Below are positions 8,918 through 17,734 of a DNA stretch of 64,000 bases, piece after piece. The notes beneath the pieces are model-generated. The model was not told where the DNA came from. It was given only the letters and a program-made list of their open reading frames with translations, and made no database searches. A program made the translations under genes and the position numbers. Source of the stretch: a virus. The stretch spans positions 3,829-67,828 of IMG/VR virus record IMGVR_UViG_3300029117_000001. One strand, 5' to 3'. How positions within the stretch are numbered: the stretch's first letter is position 1; each line of letters begins with the position of its first letter.

Positions 8918-9262
8918 ATGGCTTTCATGAAAATTAAGCAGTACGAATCTACCCCGAATATCCTTGAATCTGAGGTAGGACTTGTACTCAAAACTTACAC
9001 AGCAGATCAGACAAATGCAGTTGCAGTTAATGACAGAAAAATTATTAAGGCAGGTTCCGTATACCCAACAAACGCAACCGGCGCAAAAGGTCTTGTGTTT
9101 GAAGATGTGGATATGACAGACGATGAGAAGCGTCCAATTTCCGTTATTGTTGCCGGACGTGTCCTAGAAGACCGACTTCCCGCAACTGTTGACACAACTG
9201 CAAAAACTGAATTACAGGCACTTGGAATTGTGTTTGTAGAAGAAACCGAAGTTGTATTTTAA
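8918..9262 (+). CDS. head decoration protein (lambda gpD-like, ~114 aa)
   Basis: Size and position immediately upstream of a lambda gpE-like major capsid gene mirror the lambda D-E gene pair. Inference from synteny. Confidence 0.45.
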   Translation: MAFMKIKQYESTPNILESEVGLVLKTYTADQTNAVAVNDRKIIKAGSVYPTNATGAKGLVFEDVDMTDDEKRPISVIVAGRVLEDRLPATVDTTAKTELQALGIVFVEETEVVF

Positions 9263-9277
9263 GGAGGATAATAAGCA

Positions 9278-10312
9278 ATGGCATACAATGTATTAGAAGC
9301 AATCAGCGAGGAAGAAAGACTTAATTTCTCCCAGAATTTCTCTGTTAAAAGACCTGGAATCCTTGATACCATTTTCCCGGATGTAAAAACAGATTACTGG
9401 AAGGCTGAATACTACAGACTTATGAGCGGACAGCGGCTTCCGGAAATCGCATTTGTACATGCCCTTGACACCGAAGCAGAAATCGGTTCCAGACCTGGTT
9501 TTGAAAAGGTGTTGACCGAGAAACTTCTCATTAAAAGGAAGCTCAATCAGTCCGAGAGCTTACAACAGGCTATCGAGAACGGTGTACCAGATAATGAGGA
9601 ACTTACAGACTTTGTATTCGATGACGCGACAAACCTTTTTGAGGCCGTCCTTGCCAGAACCAAAGTTATGAAAGGCCAGGCACTGTCTACTGGAAAACTT
9701 GTTATCAAAGAAAACAAAGTGGACATGACTATTGATTTTGGAGTTCCGTCTGAATTAAAAATTACCATTACAGACTGGTCTAAACCAGATTCTGATATTA
9801 TGGGTGATATTCAGAAAATGGTTCAGCTTGCAGAAGATGGCGGATATGTTGTCAATAAGGCAATTACCTCTCTTAAAATGATTAACAACATGAGAAACAA
9901 CACCGGAATGCAGACCGCAGTTCTTGGAGCTGCAAATAAACGTCTTCTGACGAAACAGGAGCTTGCGAACCTTCTCATGCAGGAGTACGGAATTACAATT
10001 GATCGCTGTGACGAAAAGTTCCGTTACAGAAGCAAAGGCATTGTTAAAACAGGTAGATATTTCAAAGAAGATGTATTTACCCTGTATGAATCTAACCAGG
10101 ATGGTTCTTTTGGTACTGGACTTTGGGGCGCAACACCAGAGGAAAAAGAGTACCGTCAGTTCATTCAGCAGCAAAACCGTTCCTTTATTACCATGTCCAT
10201 GTGGGCTACGCCAGATCCAGTTGCAGTATGGACGAAAGCTTCTGGAATGTTCATCCCGGTTGTACCGAAAGCAAACGGCGGTATCGTGATCGGTACCAAG
10301 GCGGGGGAATAA
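9278..10312 (+). CDS. major capsid protein (lambda gpE-like family)
   Basis: 344 aa, which matches lambda gpE (341 aa); lies downstream of the scaffold and decoration genes; strong RBS AAGGAGGA. Confidence 0.75.
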   Translation: MAYNVLEAISEEERLNFSQNFSVKRPGILDTIFPDVKTDYWKAEYYRLMSGQRLPEIAFVHALDTEAEIGSRPGFEKVLTEKLLIKRKLNQSESLQQAIENGVPDNEELTDFVFDDATNLFEAVLARTKVMKGQALSTGKLVIKENKVDMTIDFGVPSELKITITDWSKPDSDIMGDIQKMVQLAEDGGYVVNKAITSLKMINNMRNNTGMQTAVLGAANKRLLTKQELANLLMQEYGITIDRCDEKFRYRSKGIVKTGRYFKEDVFTLYESNQDGSFGTGLWGATPEEKEYRQFIQQQNRSFITMSMWATPDPVAVWTKASGMFIPVVPKANGGIVIGTKAGE

Positions 10313-10520
10313 ACGGGCATAGTCTCGATGAAAGCAGCCAGTCACCATCTGTAGCAAGTGCTTACAATGAATCAATACATAAGTATACAGAAAGCGAGTT
10401 GTCTAATATGACTGTATCTCAGTTAAGACAACTCGCAAGTGATAACGGCTATGCCCTGACAGCAACTAATAAGGCTGGAATAATATCAGAGATTTTATCT
10501 CAGCAAAGGTAGGTGATTAA

Positions 10521-10841
10521 ATGGACGAACAGCTTATAGAGGACTTGACAAATTATCTTGAAGATGATGAAGAAACTGCGAGGATGATTCCTCTTTCAGC
10601 AAAGAGGGCTATTCGTTCATTTAAGAAGAAAAGGAATTATCCTTCATCTTACAGTGATGAGAAAATAAATTCCGATATGGAAAACTGCTATGATTGCATT
10701 TTTGATTTGGCTCTTTTCTTTCTGGTGAAACAGGGAGCTGAATTTCAAGGATCACATTCCGAATCTTCTGTAAACAGAAATTGGACTTCTGAAACTGAAA
10801 TATATGTAAATCATGGTGTTTTTCCATTTATCGGATTCTAA
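10521..10841 (+). CDS. head-tail connector protein (gp6-like)
   Basis: 106 aa; the acidic N-terminus MDEQLIEDLTNYLEDDEETARMIPLSAKRAI fits the Phage_connect_1 pattern; position just after the capsid gene. Confidence 0.5.
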   Translation: MDEQLIEDLTNYLEDDEETARMIPLSAKRAIRSFKKKRNYPSSYSDEKINSDMENCYDCIFDLALFFLVKQGAEFQGSHSESSVNRNWTSETEIYVNHGVFPFIGF

Positions 10842-10948
10842 GATGGTGTGTGCGTGATACGTCAATCCTCCCACGTATCGCAGGGGTGCTTCAAATTAGG
10901 TGGGTAGAAGCAATATCTAAAAAATGGGAGTGATGGAAAGGAATAGCG

Positions 10949-11260
10949 ATGGGATGTGAACACGAGTGTATCAACGAACACCGCTTGGAAGAATTGGAAA
11001 ATGCCGTCCGTGAGATGAAAGAAAAGCATTCCAAAAGGGATGAAGGCTTTTTTAATCGTATCAATGCGCTAGAACAGAAAATTGCTTTATACAACAACGA
11101 TCTGGGACACATCAAAGATACAGTTGACGAAATGAACGACAATTTAAAAGCACTCATGGAAAAACCAGGAAAATTACAGGACAAAATTATTGCTTATGTC
11201 ATAACTGGCATAATCGGTATTATTTTAGGCTTTGCCCTTAAAGGCATTTTCCCGGTGTAA
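10949..11260 (+). CDS. XhlA-like protein (coiled-coil N-terminus plus C-terminal transmembrane helix)
   Basis: Leucine-zipper-like N-terminus, then AYVITGIIGIILGFALKGIFPV as a single C-terminal TM helix. The architecture matches haemolysin XhlA-type lysis-associated proteins. Confidence 0.45.
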   Translation: MGCEHECINEHRLEELENAVREMKEKHSKRDEGFFNRINALEQKIALYNNDLGHIKDTVDEMNDNLKALMEKPGKLQDKIIAYVITGIIGIILGFALKGIFPV

Positions 11261-11291
11261 TATTGATTCCACTAACAGGGAGGACGGTGGA

Positions 11292-11531
11292 ATGGATAAT
11301 TATAAAGACTTTTCGGAAGATGAAAGAATCTTCTATTTGCGTGAAGCTGGATTTGATTCCAGAGAAAAAGAGTTATTCCGATTGCGTGTTTACGAAGAAA
11401 AAACACTTGCAGAAGCTTCAGAAATCATGGGTTACAGCACAAGAACAGTAGACCGCATAAACAGAAAATTAAAGAAGAAAATTATGAAAGTCGCCCCGAT
11501 GTATTGTCGGGGCTTTTCTTTGTATTCATAA
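11292..11531 (+). CDS. sigma-70 region 4-like HTH protein (candidate late regulator)
   Basis: RBS AGGGAGGACGGTGGA; LAEASEIMGYSTRTVDRINRKLKKKI is a classic sigma region 4 / LuxR-type HTH. Confidence 0.5.
   Translation: MDNYKDFSEDERIFYLREAGFDSREKELFRLRVYEEKTLAEASEIMGYSTRTVDRINRKLKKKIMKVAPMYCRGFSLYS
11492..11522 (+). terminator. rho-independent terminator
   Basis: GCCCCGA-GTATT-TCGGGGC hairpin followed by TTTTCTTT; overlaps the 3' end of the preceding CDS. Confidence 0.6.
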
Positions 11532-11621
11532 AATGTGGCGTATTTATGGCGTTATCATGGCGTGTTAATCAACCTCTTATTATTGTAAAATATAGTTATA
11601 AAAACAAGGGAGGTTTGAGAT

Positions 11622-12119
11622 ATGCAGTATGGTAATCCGTATTTTGCGCAACCATTTCAACAAATACAGCCGTATCAAGATAGATTAGCACAATTACAGA
11701 ATAGTTATCAGCAGGCAATGCCATACGGACAGGCACAGATTCAGCAACCAATACAACAAATGCCACAAGTGCCACAAATCCCCATGTTGCAAGGGCAGAT
11801 GGTTGATGGCATTGATACCGTAAAGGCAAAAGACGTAGATATGTCTGGAAACCCTGTCTATTATCCAAAAACAGATGGAACAGAAATATATAGAAAACAA
11901 TTACAGGCAGATGGAAGAAGTAGAATTTTTGTTTATCGACTTATAAATCCGGAAGAACAACAGCAACCAAAGGTAGAAGAAAAACAGATTGACATAGAAG
12001 CTATGTTTAATCAACTTCGGAACGATGTTTGTTCTGAGATTTCCGAAATAAAGAGTATGTTCCCGACCCAAATGTCGGGAACATCGGAACCAAGGCAGAA
12101 TGGAGGTAAACAGAGATGA
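11622..12119 (+). CDS. Gln/Pro-rich low-complexity protein
   Basis: RBS AGGGAGG; the N-terminus is dominated by Q/P/Y repeats (QPFQQIQPYQ, QIQQPIQQMPQVPQIPMLQGQ). Confidence 0.45.
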   Translation: MQYGNPYFAQPFQQIQPYQDRLAQLQNSYQQAMPYGQAQIQQPIQQMPQVPQIPMLQGQMVDGIDTVKAKDVDMSGNPVYYPKTDGTEIYRKQLQADGRSRIFVYRLINPEEQQQPKVEEKQIDIEAMFNQLRNDVCSEISEIKSMFPTQMSGTSEPRQNGGKQR

Positions 12120-12361
12120 ATTTTAGTCCAAACGCCATGATGAAAAAGCAATTTGAGAAAATGATTACTCAGAGGTTCGGAAGTGTTGATAACATGATGA
12201 ACGATATGAGCAAATTTGCAGGAAATAATCCAACATTAAAAAATGCGTTGGATTTATATAAAAAAGGTGACGCAAGTCAATTGCATCAAATCCAACAGAA
12301 TGTTTTTGAAGAAAAGCATTTATCTCCAGATGGAATTATACAGAAATTCCTTGGATTATAA
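12116..12361 (+). CDS. hypothetical small protein
   Basis: ORF whose start overlaps the upstream stop (ATGA overlap). Confidence 0.35.
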   Translation: MNFSPNAMMKKQFEKMITQRFGSVDNMMNDMSKFAGNNPTLKNALDLYKKGDASQLHQIQQNVFEEKHLSPDGIIQKFLGL

Positions 12362-12457
12362 CACTTCCCCATAATTGGGTGATTAAGAATCGCTACAATT
12401 TGGGACGACAGCCGCGGATGTCTCCTATTGTAAATAAAATTTAAGGAGACTAAAAAC

Positions 12458-13264
12458 ATGATGAATGGTTCAAATTACAGCCTTAGCGACATTGCAGCTG
12501 CTACAGGCTCTAATAACCGTGCAAATGACATGTGGGGCGGCGATGGTTTTTCCCTTATCTGGCTTGTCCTTATTTTCGCAATCTTCGGCTGGGGCGGTTT
12601 CGGCGGCTTTGGCGGCTGGGGTGGCAATGGTGGAAACGGTACAAATGGTGCAGGTTTCCAAGGATGGGCTACCCGTTCAGATATTAATGAGGAATTCGCC
12701 CTTAATGATATTCAGAATGGTATCAGAGGTATTCAGCAGGGTATCTGTGACAGCACATATTCTCTTAACAATACCATGCAGAGTGGCTTTAATGGTATGA
12801 ATGTTGGAATGCTTCAGGGCTTCAACGGCGTTCAGCAGGCAATCAATGCTGATACTGTAGCCGGTATGCAGAATACCAACGCATTACAGTCTCAGTTAGC
12901 AAACTGTTGCTGTGAAACAAGAGAAGCAATCCAGGGCATCAATTATAACCTTGCTACCAACACTTGTGCTCTCCAGAACACAATGAACAACAATACCAGA
13001 GATCTTCTGGAAAACCAGAACAGCAACACAAGAGCAATCCTTGACTTCTTGACTAACGATAAGATTGCAACATTACAGGCAGAGAACTCTGATCTGAAAC
13101 GTGCTGCATCCCAGGATCGCCAGTCTGCATTGCTTACAACAGAGATGTATGCACAGGCTCAGAGATTAATCAATGCAATCAACCCGGCTCCGATTCCTGC
13201 ATTCCAGGTTCCAGCTCCATATGCATACGCAGGATGTAATACATATGGTAACGGTTGTTGCTAA
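12458..13264 (+). CDS. Gly/Asn/Gln-rich membrane-anchored low-complexity protein with a C-terminal Cys cluster
   Basis: RBS AAGGAGA; one TM helix (LIWLVLIFAIFGW) followed by GGFGGFGGWGGNGGNGTNG (YjcZ-like glycine run); N/Q-rich repeats; CCC and a C-terminal GCC; its own terminator downstream. Confidence 0.5.
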   Translation: MMNGSNYSLSDIAAATGSNNRANDMWGGDGFSLIWLVLIFAIFGWGGFGGFGGWGGNGGNGTNGAGFQGWATRSDINEEFALNDIQNGIRGIQQGICDSTYSLNNTMQSGFNGMNVGMLQGFNGVQQAINADTVAGMQNTNALQSQLANCCCETREAIQGINYNLATNTCALQNTMNNNTRDLLENQNSNTRAILDFLTNDKIATLQAENSDLKRAASQDRQSALLTTEMYAQAQRLINAINPAPIPAFQVPAPYAYAGCNTYGNGCC

Positions 13265-13296
13265 GTAACTCACCCTTAGAGGTTGACTAAATTCTA

Positions 13297-13330
13297 AGAG
13301 GTGGGTTGCGGCTCACCTCTTATTTTGATT
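13297..13330 (+). terminator. rho-independent terminator
   Basis: AGAGGTG-10 nt-CACCTCT hairpin followed by TATTTTGATT. Confidence 0.6.
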
Positions 13331-13343
13331 GAGAGGTAGAAAT

Positions 13344-13769
13344 ATGAGTTGTAAAAATGTTTGTAAGCTCTGCAACCGTCTTGTAATAAGCCAAGCTGTT
13401 GCGTTTACAGGAGGTAATCTTGTAATCACACTCCCAGCAGGCAGTTACAACAATGGAGAGAAATATTGTATTGTTGTTGCACAAAGTATACCAGAAGCCA
13501 CTACAATTACTGCTCCGGTAATGATTCAGATAGGAACAGGAACAACTTTGTATCCGCTAGAAAATCGTTGCTGTGCACAGATTACGGCTTGTGGAATAAG
13601 AACCAGAACGAAGTACGCAACCAGAGTAGCTACAAGTGCAACTGGCGGAGTATTCAAGATGTTAGGAAATCCGGCTTGTAGTCCGAGCAACAATTTGAAA
13701 GCAATTAATGGTACAGCCCCAACGACAGAAGCACCTGTTACGCAGGCTGTTAGAAAGGGGGCACTGTAA
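13344..13769 (+). CDS. Cys-containing Thr/Ala-rich hypothetical protein
   Basis: RBS GAGAGGTAGAA; 11 Cys including CKNVCKLC and CCAQITAC. Confidence 0.45.
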   Translation: MSCKNVCKLCNRLVISQAVAFTGGNLVITLPAGSYNNGEKYCIVVAQSIPEATTITAPVMIQIGTGTTLYPLENRCCAQITACGIRTRTKYATRVATSATGGVFKMLGNPACSPSNNLKAINGTAPTTEAPVTQAVRKGAL

Positions 13770-14401
13770 TGCATAAAGTTGCAATGGAAATGGGAAAATG
13801 GGCTATGGAAAAAGCCAAAACACATGGCTTTGATAATCTCAGTGCTCAAGACTGGGACGATCTGAAAGACTGCATGGAAGTAGTAAAATGTGCGATTTGC
13901 GCTGATAAGGATTACAGAATCGTAGAAGCTATGGACGAATGCGAACAGGAAGAAAAGTATCTTGGACGCATGGGATATGACCGTTACCGCTATTCAAATG
14001 GGCGTTTCGCTCCAAAAGGTAGGGGAACCAGAAAAGGATATAGACCGTATCTGTATATGCAGGATGATGACTGGATGGATGAGTATTTAAACAATCCAGA
14101 GTTTGAGCGCAATATGTACCGCATGGGATATCATCCAGATCGTAGTGATATGGAAAATGATGGTATGAATATGAATTGGAAGAAATCCAGATATGGCGAA
14201 TCCTATGATAGATACGATGAGAATCGTAGGCACTATCATGATTCCAAAGATACGGAATCCAAAAGAAAAATGGATGATTCCATGAAGGAGTATACGTCTG
14301 ACATTATCCGTAATCTCACGGAAATGTGGTCAGATGCAGATGCAACGCTCAGACAGTCAATGAAAACTGACCTGACCAGACTTGTACAGCAGATGAACTA
14401 G
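13769..14401 (+). CDS. Arg/Tyr/Asp/Met-rich charged hypothetical protein
   Basis: Start overlaps the upstream stop; unusual composition (RYRYSNGR, RKGYRPYLYMQDDDWMDEY); followed by a terminator. Confidence 0.45.
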   Translation: MHKVAMEMGKWAMEKAKTHGFDNLSAQDWDDLKDCMEVVKCAICADKDYRIVEAMDECEQEEKYLGRMGYDRYRYSNGRFAPKGRGTRKGYRPYLYMQDDDWMDEYLNNPEFERNMYRMGYHPDRSDMENDGMNMNWKKSRYGESYDRYDENRRHYHDSKDTESKRKMDDSMKEYTSDIIRNLTEMWSDADATLRQSMKTDLTRLVQQMN

Positions 14402-14420
14402 AGCAATAAATGAATTAAGT

Positions 14421-14456
14421 CCTTGTCGCAAATTAATGCGGCAGGGGCTTTTTTCG
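14421..14456 (+). terminator. terminator-like hairpin
   Basis: CCTTGTCGC ... GCGGCAGGGG imperfect stem followed by CTTTTTTCG. Confidence 0.5.
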
Positions 14457-14477
14457 TAGAAAGGATGGTAATAAACC

Positions 14478-14864
14478 ATGCTACGAAAATTTTACATGAA
14501 TGGGGATTTATGGAGAGTGCAGTTTGTTCCATCACAAGATGATGTTTTAATTGACCGTACAGGAAACAGAACACTTGGAGTATCGGATTATTCCACCCAT
14601 ATTATTTCGATTGCGAATAACCTACATGGAGAACTTTTGAACCGTGTATTTATCCATGAGTTAGGACATTGTGTAATGTTCAGCTATGGATTACTGCCAG
14701 AGCTTCACCGCATGACCAAGAAACGATATTGGGTGGATGCAGAGGAATTTGTATGCAATATTCTGGCAGACTACGGACAGTTTGTTATTAGAACAACAAG
14801 AGATATTTTGGGAAACAAATTTACATACGTTTCGCCTGTTGGAATGGAAAGGATGACTGCATGA
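14478..14864 (+). CDS. small HEXXH zinc-metallopeptidase-like protein
   Basis: HELGHC motif (HExxH); 128 aa; RBS AAAGGATGG. Confidence 0.5.
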   Translation: MLRKFYMNGDLWRVQFVPSQDDVLIDRTGNRTLGVSDYSTHIISIANNLHGELLNRVFIHELGHCVMFSYGLLPELHRMTKKRYWVDAEEFVCNILADYGQFVIRTTRDILGNKFTYVSPVGMERMTA

Positions 14865-15178
14865 GAGTATTAAGATTTATTGTAAATAATCAAAGAATTT
14901 ATCCAGATCCGAAGTGTGATTTCTCTGGACTGGTAAAGGGCACGACTGGATATCTTAAAGCATTGTTTATCTTTTCTCCAGAGTGGAACGGATGTAAAAC
15001 AGCTGCTTCATTTTGGAGAATGGAAAAAGAATACCCAGTAATACTGAAAAACAATCAATGTGAAATTCCGCCAGAAGCCCTTACTTGGGATTATTTTTCT
15101 GTATCTGTCACCGGAGTGAAAGATAACGGAAAATACATTATAACTACTGGTAAAACCAAAGTATCACAGAGGGGGTAG
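14861..15178 (+). CDS. hypothetical protein
   Basis: ORF overlapping the upstream stop by 4 nt (translational coupling). Confidence 0.4.
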   Translation: MRVLRFIVNNQRIYPDPKCDFSGLVKGTTGYLKALFIFSPEWNGCKTAASFWRMEKEYPVILKNNQCEIPPEALTWDYFSVSVTGVKDNGKYIITTGKTKVSQRG

Positions 15179-15181
15179 AAC

Positions 15182-17293
15182 ATGGCAACAGCACTTGATT
15201 TACTTATGAGCGCAAAAGAAGATGTTAATTTTCTTTCTGAAGAATCCGATATATGCACAATTGACGATAAGACAAGGGCTATTTTCGTGCCCTCTACAAT
15301 CGTAGTTTGTGGGGTGCAATCTGACAAGAATGCAGAACGTATTAAATTTTCATGTCCCAAAATTGTAGGAGATAATCTTGATTTATCCAAATTTTCAGTC
15401 AGAATTAACTTCGAAAACGTAAGCAGTGTGGATTTTAATGTTTCTATCAAAGACCAATACATTTGTGATGATGTAGCTGTAGATGGCGAAAATGTAACTT
15501 TTTCTTGGTTGATTGGAAGAAATGCAGCAAGGTATATGGGAACGGTACGTTTTATTGTTTGCGCTGTTAAAACGGATTCCGATTCAAATATTAGTGTTGA
15601 ATGGAATACCACAATAGCGGAAGTACCAGTGCTAGAGGGTATCGAGATTGATCAACCACAGATAGGAAAGGAAGAAAAAGATGTTATAAATCAGCTTTTG
15701 GAGCTTACTAAAAACACATCTTCGGAAGCTGTTCAAAATGTAAATTCCGCAAAAGAACAAGCTATTAAGGACATCCAGAGTGTATCACAGCCAGACACTA
15801 CATTGACTATAGAAGGTGGGCTTGCAGAAGCAAAAGCAACGGGAGAAGCTATTGGTTCGCTAAGGGAAGATATAGAGTATTTTAAAGATGATGTTACCAA
15901 AGCATTTAACGTGACTGAAAATCTATATAACCCACATTCATTTACAAATACAAAGGGTGTAGCATTAACTATTGCTGATGGTACAGAGTACGCAGATTCT
16001 ACAACAGTAAATGCAATTACAACTGGATATTTTGACACAAATGAGGGGGATGTATGGAGGTTTTATAGATGGAATACAGCCAAGGATAATATATATGAGC
16101 TGGAAGTAATAGTGCATTGGTTTGATGAAAATGGAAAGTATATAAGCGGTGCAATTATAACTGGTGATGTAACAGCACCTATAAACGCTAGACGTTTACG
16201 TTTTACAGAAAAATTCACATTACTATATCCGACGTTAGATGTAATGGTTACTAAAAATTATTCGTTTGGTGTAAATGGTTATGTCCCGTATGGTATTACG
16301 CAGTTAAAAGAAACATTCTTGCCAAGAGAAAAAGTATATGAACAAGTGCATAGAAACGGAACACTTCATAGCGGTGATTCATGGGTATTGGAAAATAATA
16401 ATATTATGGCAAGAAAGGTGTTTGTTTTAAGTGGAATTGTAAACTCATTTTCAACACTTGAAATGGGGCATGGTACTAAAACAAATTCTCCGTCAAGTTG
16501 GATGGTTGTGGATAATGAAAATATTACAGTATACTCAACACCTACCAACAAAGTAACACTTGCACACGGATTAACTATTAAAAACACAATTCAGATTATA
16601 ATTGAAGTGGGCGCAAACTATAAGGCAAAAATTACATTATTATCTAATGGAGAAAAATACAATACAGAGCAAGATTGGGACGGAAACATTGGAAATATTT
16701 TTGTAAATAGTGTTAATACAGAATTAGTAAATTGCGCCGTATCTTGGACTTGCAAAAATTATTCTTCAACAATATGGGCATATGGAGATAGCTATTTCGG
16801 TATGACAAATAAGGCACGTTGGATTGCTCAGTTGTTAAGTAATGGATATGGTACAGATATGCTAATTGACGGTTATCCCGGTAGAGGTTCTGATGACGCG
16901 TATAATTCATTACAAACTGCATTAAAACATGGCAAACCAAAATATATATTATGGGCTATGGGTATGAATAAACCCGATAATGAATCATCTGTTAATGAGA
17001 ACTGGAATAATAGATTTAATGATGTAAAGAAGCTGTGTAAAGAAAATGATATAACACTTATCGGGTGCACAATTCCGAATACACCAACACAGTTTAATAG
17101 CTACAAAAATAACGTTGTTAGAAATGCAGGAATTAAATATATAGATTTCGCAAAATCAGTGGGTGCTGAACACAAGGGAGATTCGTGGTATGACGGTATG
17201 CTGTCGGGTGATAATGTACACCCTACGGAAAAAGGTGCTATAACATTATATTTACAAGCATTAGCAGATTTTCCAGAATTGGCGAACACTTAA
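15182..17293 (+). CDS. 703-aa virion-associated protein with a C-terminal SGNH/GDSL hydrolase (esterase) domain; candidate neck-passage or whisker protein
   Basis: C-terminal block I GDSY (IWAYGDSYFG), a Gly block, and block V DNVHP (DxxH) define an SGNH hydrolase. The N-terminal ~480 aa are unknown and likely beta-rich. Sits between the head and tail genes. Confidence 0.65.
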   Translation: MATALDLLMSAKEDVNFLSEESDICTIDDKTRAIFVPSTIVVCGVQSDKNAERIKFSCPKIVGDNLDLSKFSVRINFENVSSVDFNVSIKDQYICDDVAVDGENVTFSWLIGRNAARYMGTVRFIVCAVKTDSDSNISVEWNTTIAEVPVLEGIEIDQPQIGKEEKDVINQLLELTKNTSSEAVQNVNSAKEQAIKDIQSVSQPDTTLTIEGGLAEAKATGEAIGSLREDIEYFKDDVTKAFNVTENLYNPHSFTNTKGVALTIADGTEYADSTTVNAITTGYFDTNEGDVWRFYRWNTAKDNIYELEVIVHWFDENGKYISGAIITGDVTAPINARRLRFTEKFTLLYPTLDVMVTKNYSFGVNGYVPYGITQLKETFLPREKVYEQVHRNGTLHSGDSWVLENNNIMARKVFVLSGIVNSFSTLEMGHGTKTNSPSSWMVVDNENITVYSTPTNKVTLAHGLTIKNTIQIIIEVGANYKAKITLLSNGEKYNTEQDWDGNIGNIFVNSVNTELVNCAVSWTCKNYSSTIWAYGDSYFGMTNKARWIAQLLSNGYGTDMLIDGYPGRGSDDAYNSLQTALKHGKPKYILWAMGMNKPDNESSVNENWNNRFNDVKKLCKENDITLIGCTIPNTPTQFNSYKNNVVRNAGIKYIDFAKSVGAEHKGDSWYDGMLSGDNVHPTEKGAITLYLQALADFPELANT

Positions 17294-17341
17294 CTAAAGA
17301 GGGCTTTAGTTAAGCAACCAAATTTAAGAAAGAGAGGAAAT

Positions 17342-17734
17342 ATGAGAGGATTAGTCCGTCAAAAGCAAAAAGTATATTGGTCACGAATTACTGAAAAAAC
17401 AAAAGGATTAGACCGTATTAAAGTTTATGAGAAACCAGTTCTATACTCTTTTTCTGTATCATCTACAGCCGGAACACCAGAAGAAATTGCAGCCGGAATA
17501 GTGCCAGATTATGACAGGTATATTACAAGCTTTAATCGAAATTTTCATCCACAGGAAGCGGACATATTTTGGATAGATAGAATTCCACAAATAAGCGAGG
17601 ACGGAAGCCTTATTTTGAGCAAAGATGGAGAACCCACAGTATTGCCAGATTACACGCTAAAGAAGATTTTAGACACACAAAAAGGCAATATTGCCAGATA
17701 CGGAATTTCTAAAAGAGGAAACGAAAATGGGTAA
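17342..17734 (+). CDS. hypothetical protein (possible head-tail joining protein)
   Basis: RBS AGAGAGGAAA; size and position fit a head-closure or adaptor protein. Synteny only. Confidence 0.35.
   Translation: MRGLVRQKQKVYWSRITEKTKGLDRIKVYEKPVLYSFSVSSTAGTPEEIAAGIVPDYDRYITSFNRNFHPQEADIFWIDRIPQISEDGSLILSKDGEPTVLPDYTLKKILDTQKGNIARYGISKRGNENG

Noticed and set aside
9755-10375. 206-aa minus-strand ORF inside the major capsid gene
   Set aside because: Antisense to a well-supported capsid gene; no RBS; other minus-strand ORFs inside TMP, the tail fibre and the SbcC-like gene (for example 24248-24667, 48818-49528, 34281-34637) are rejected for the same reason.
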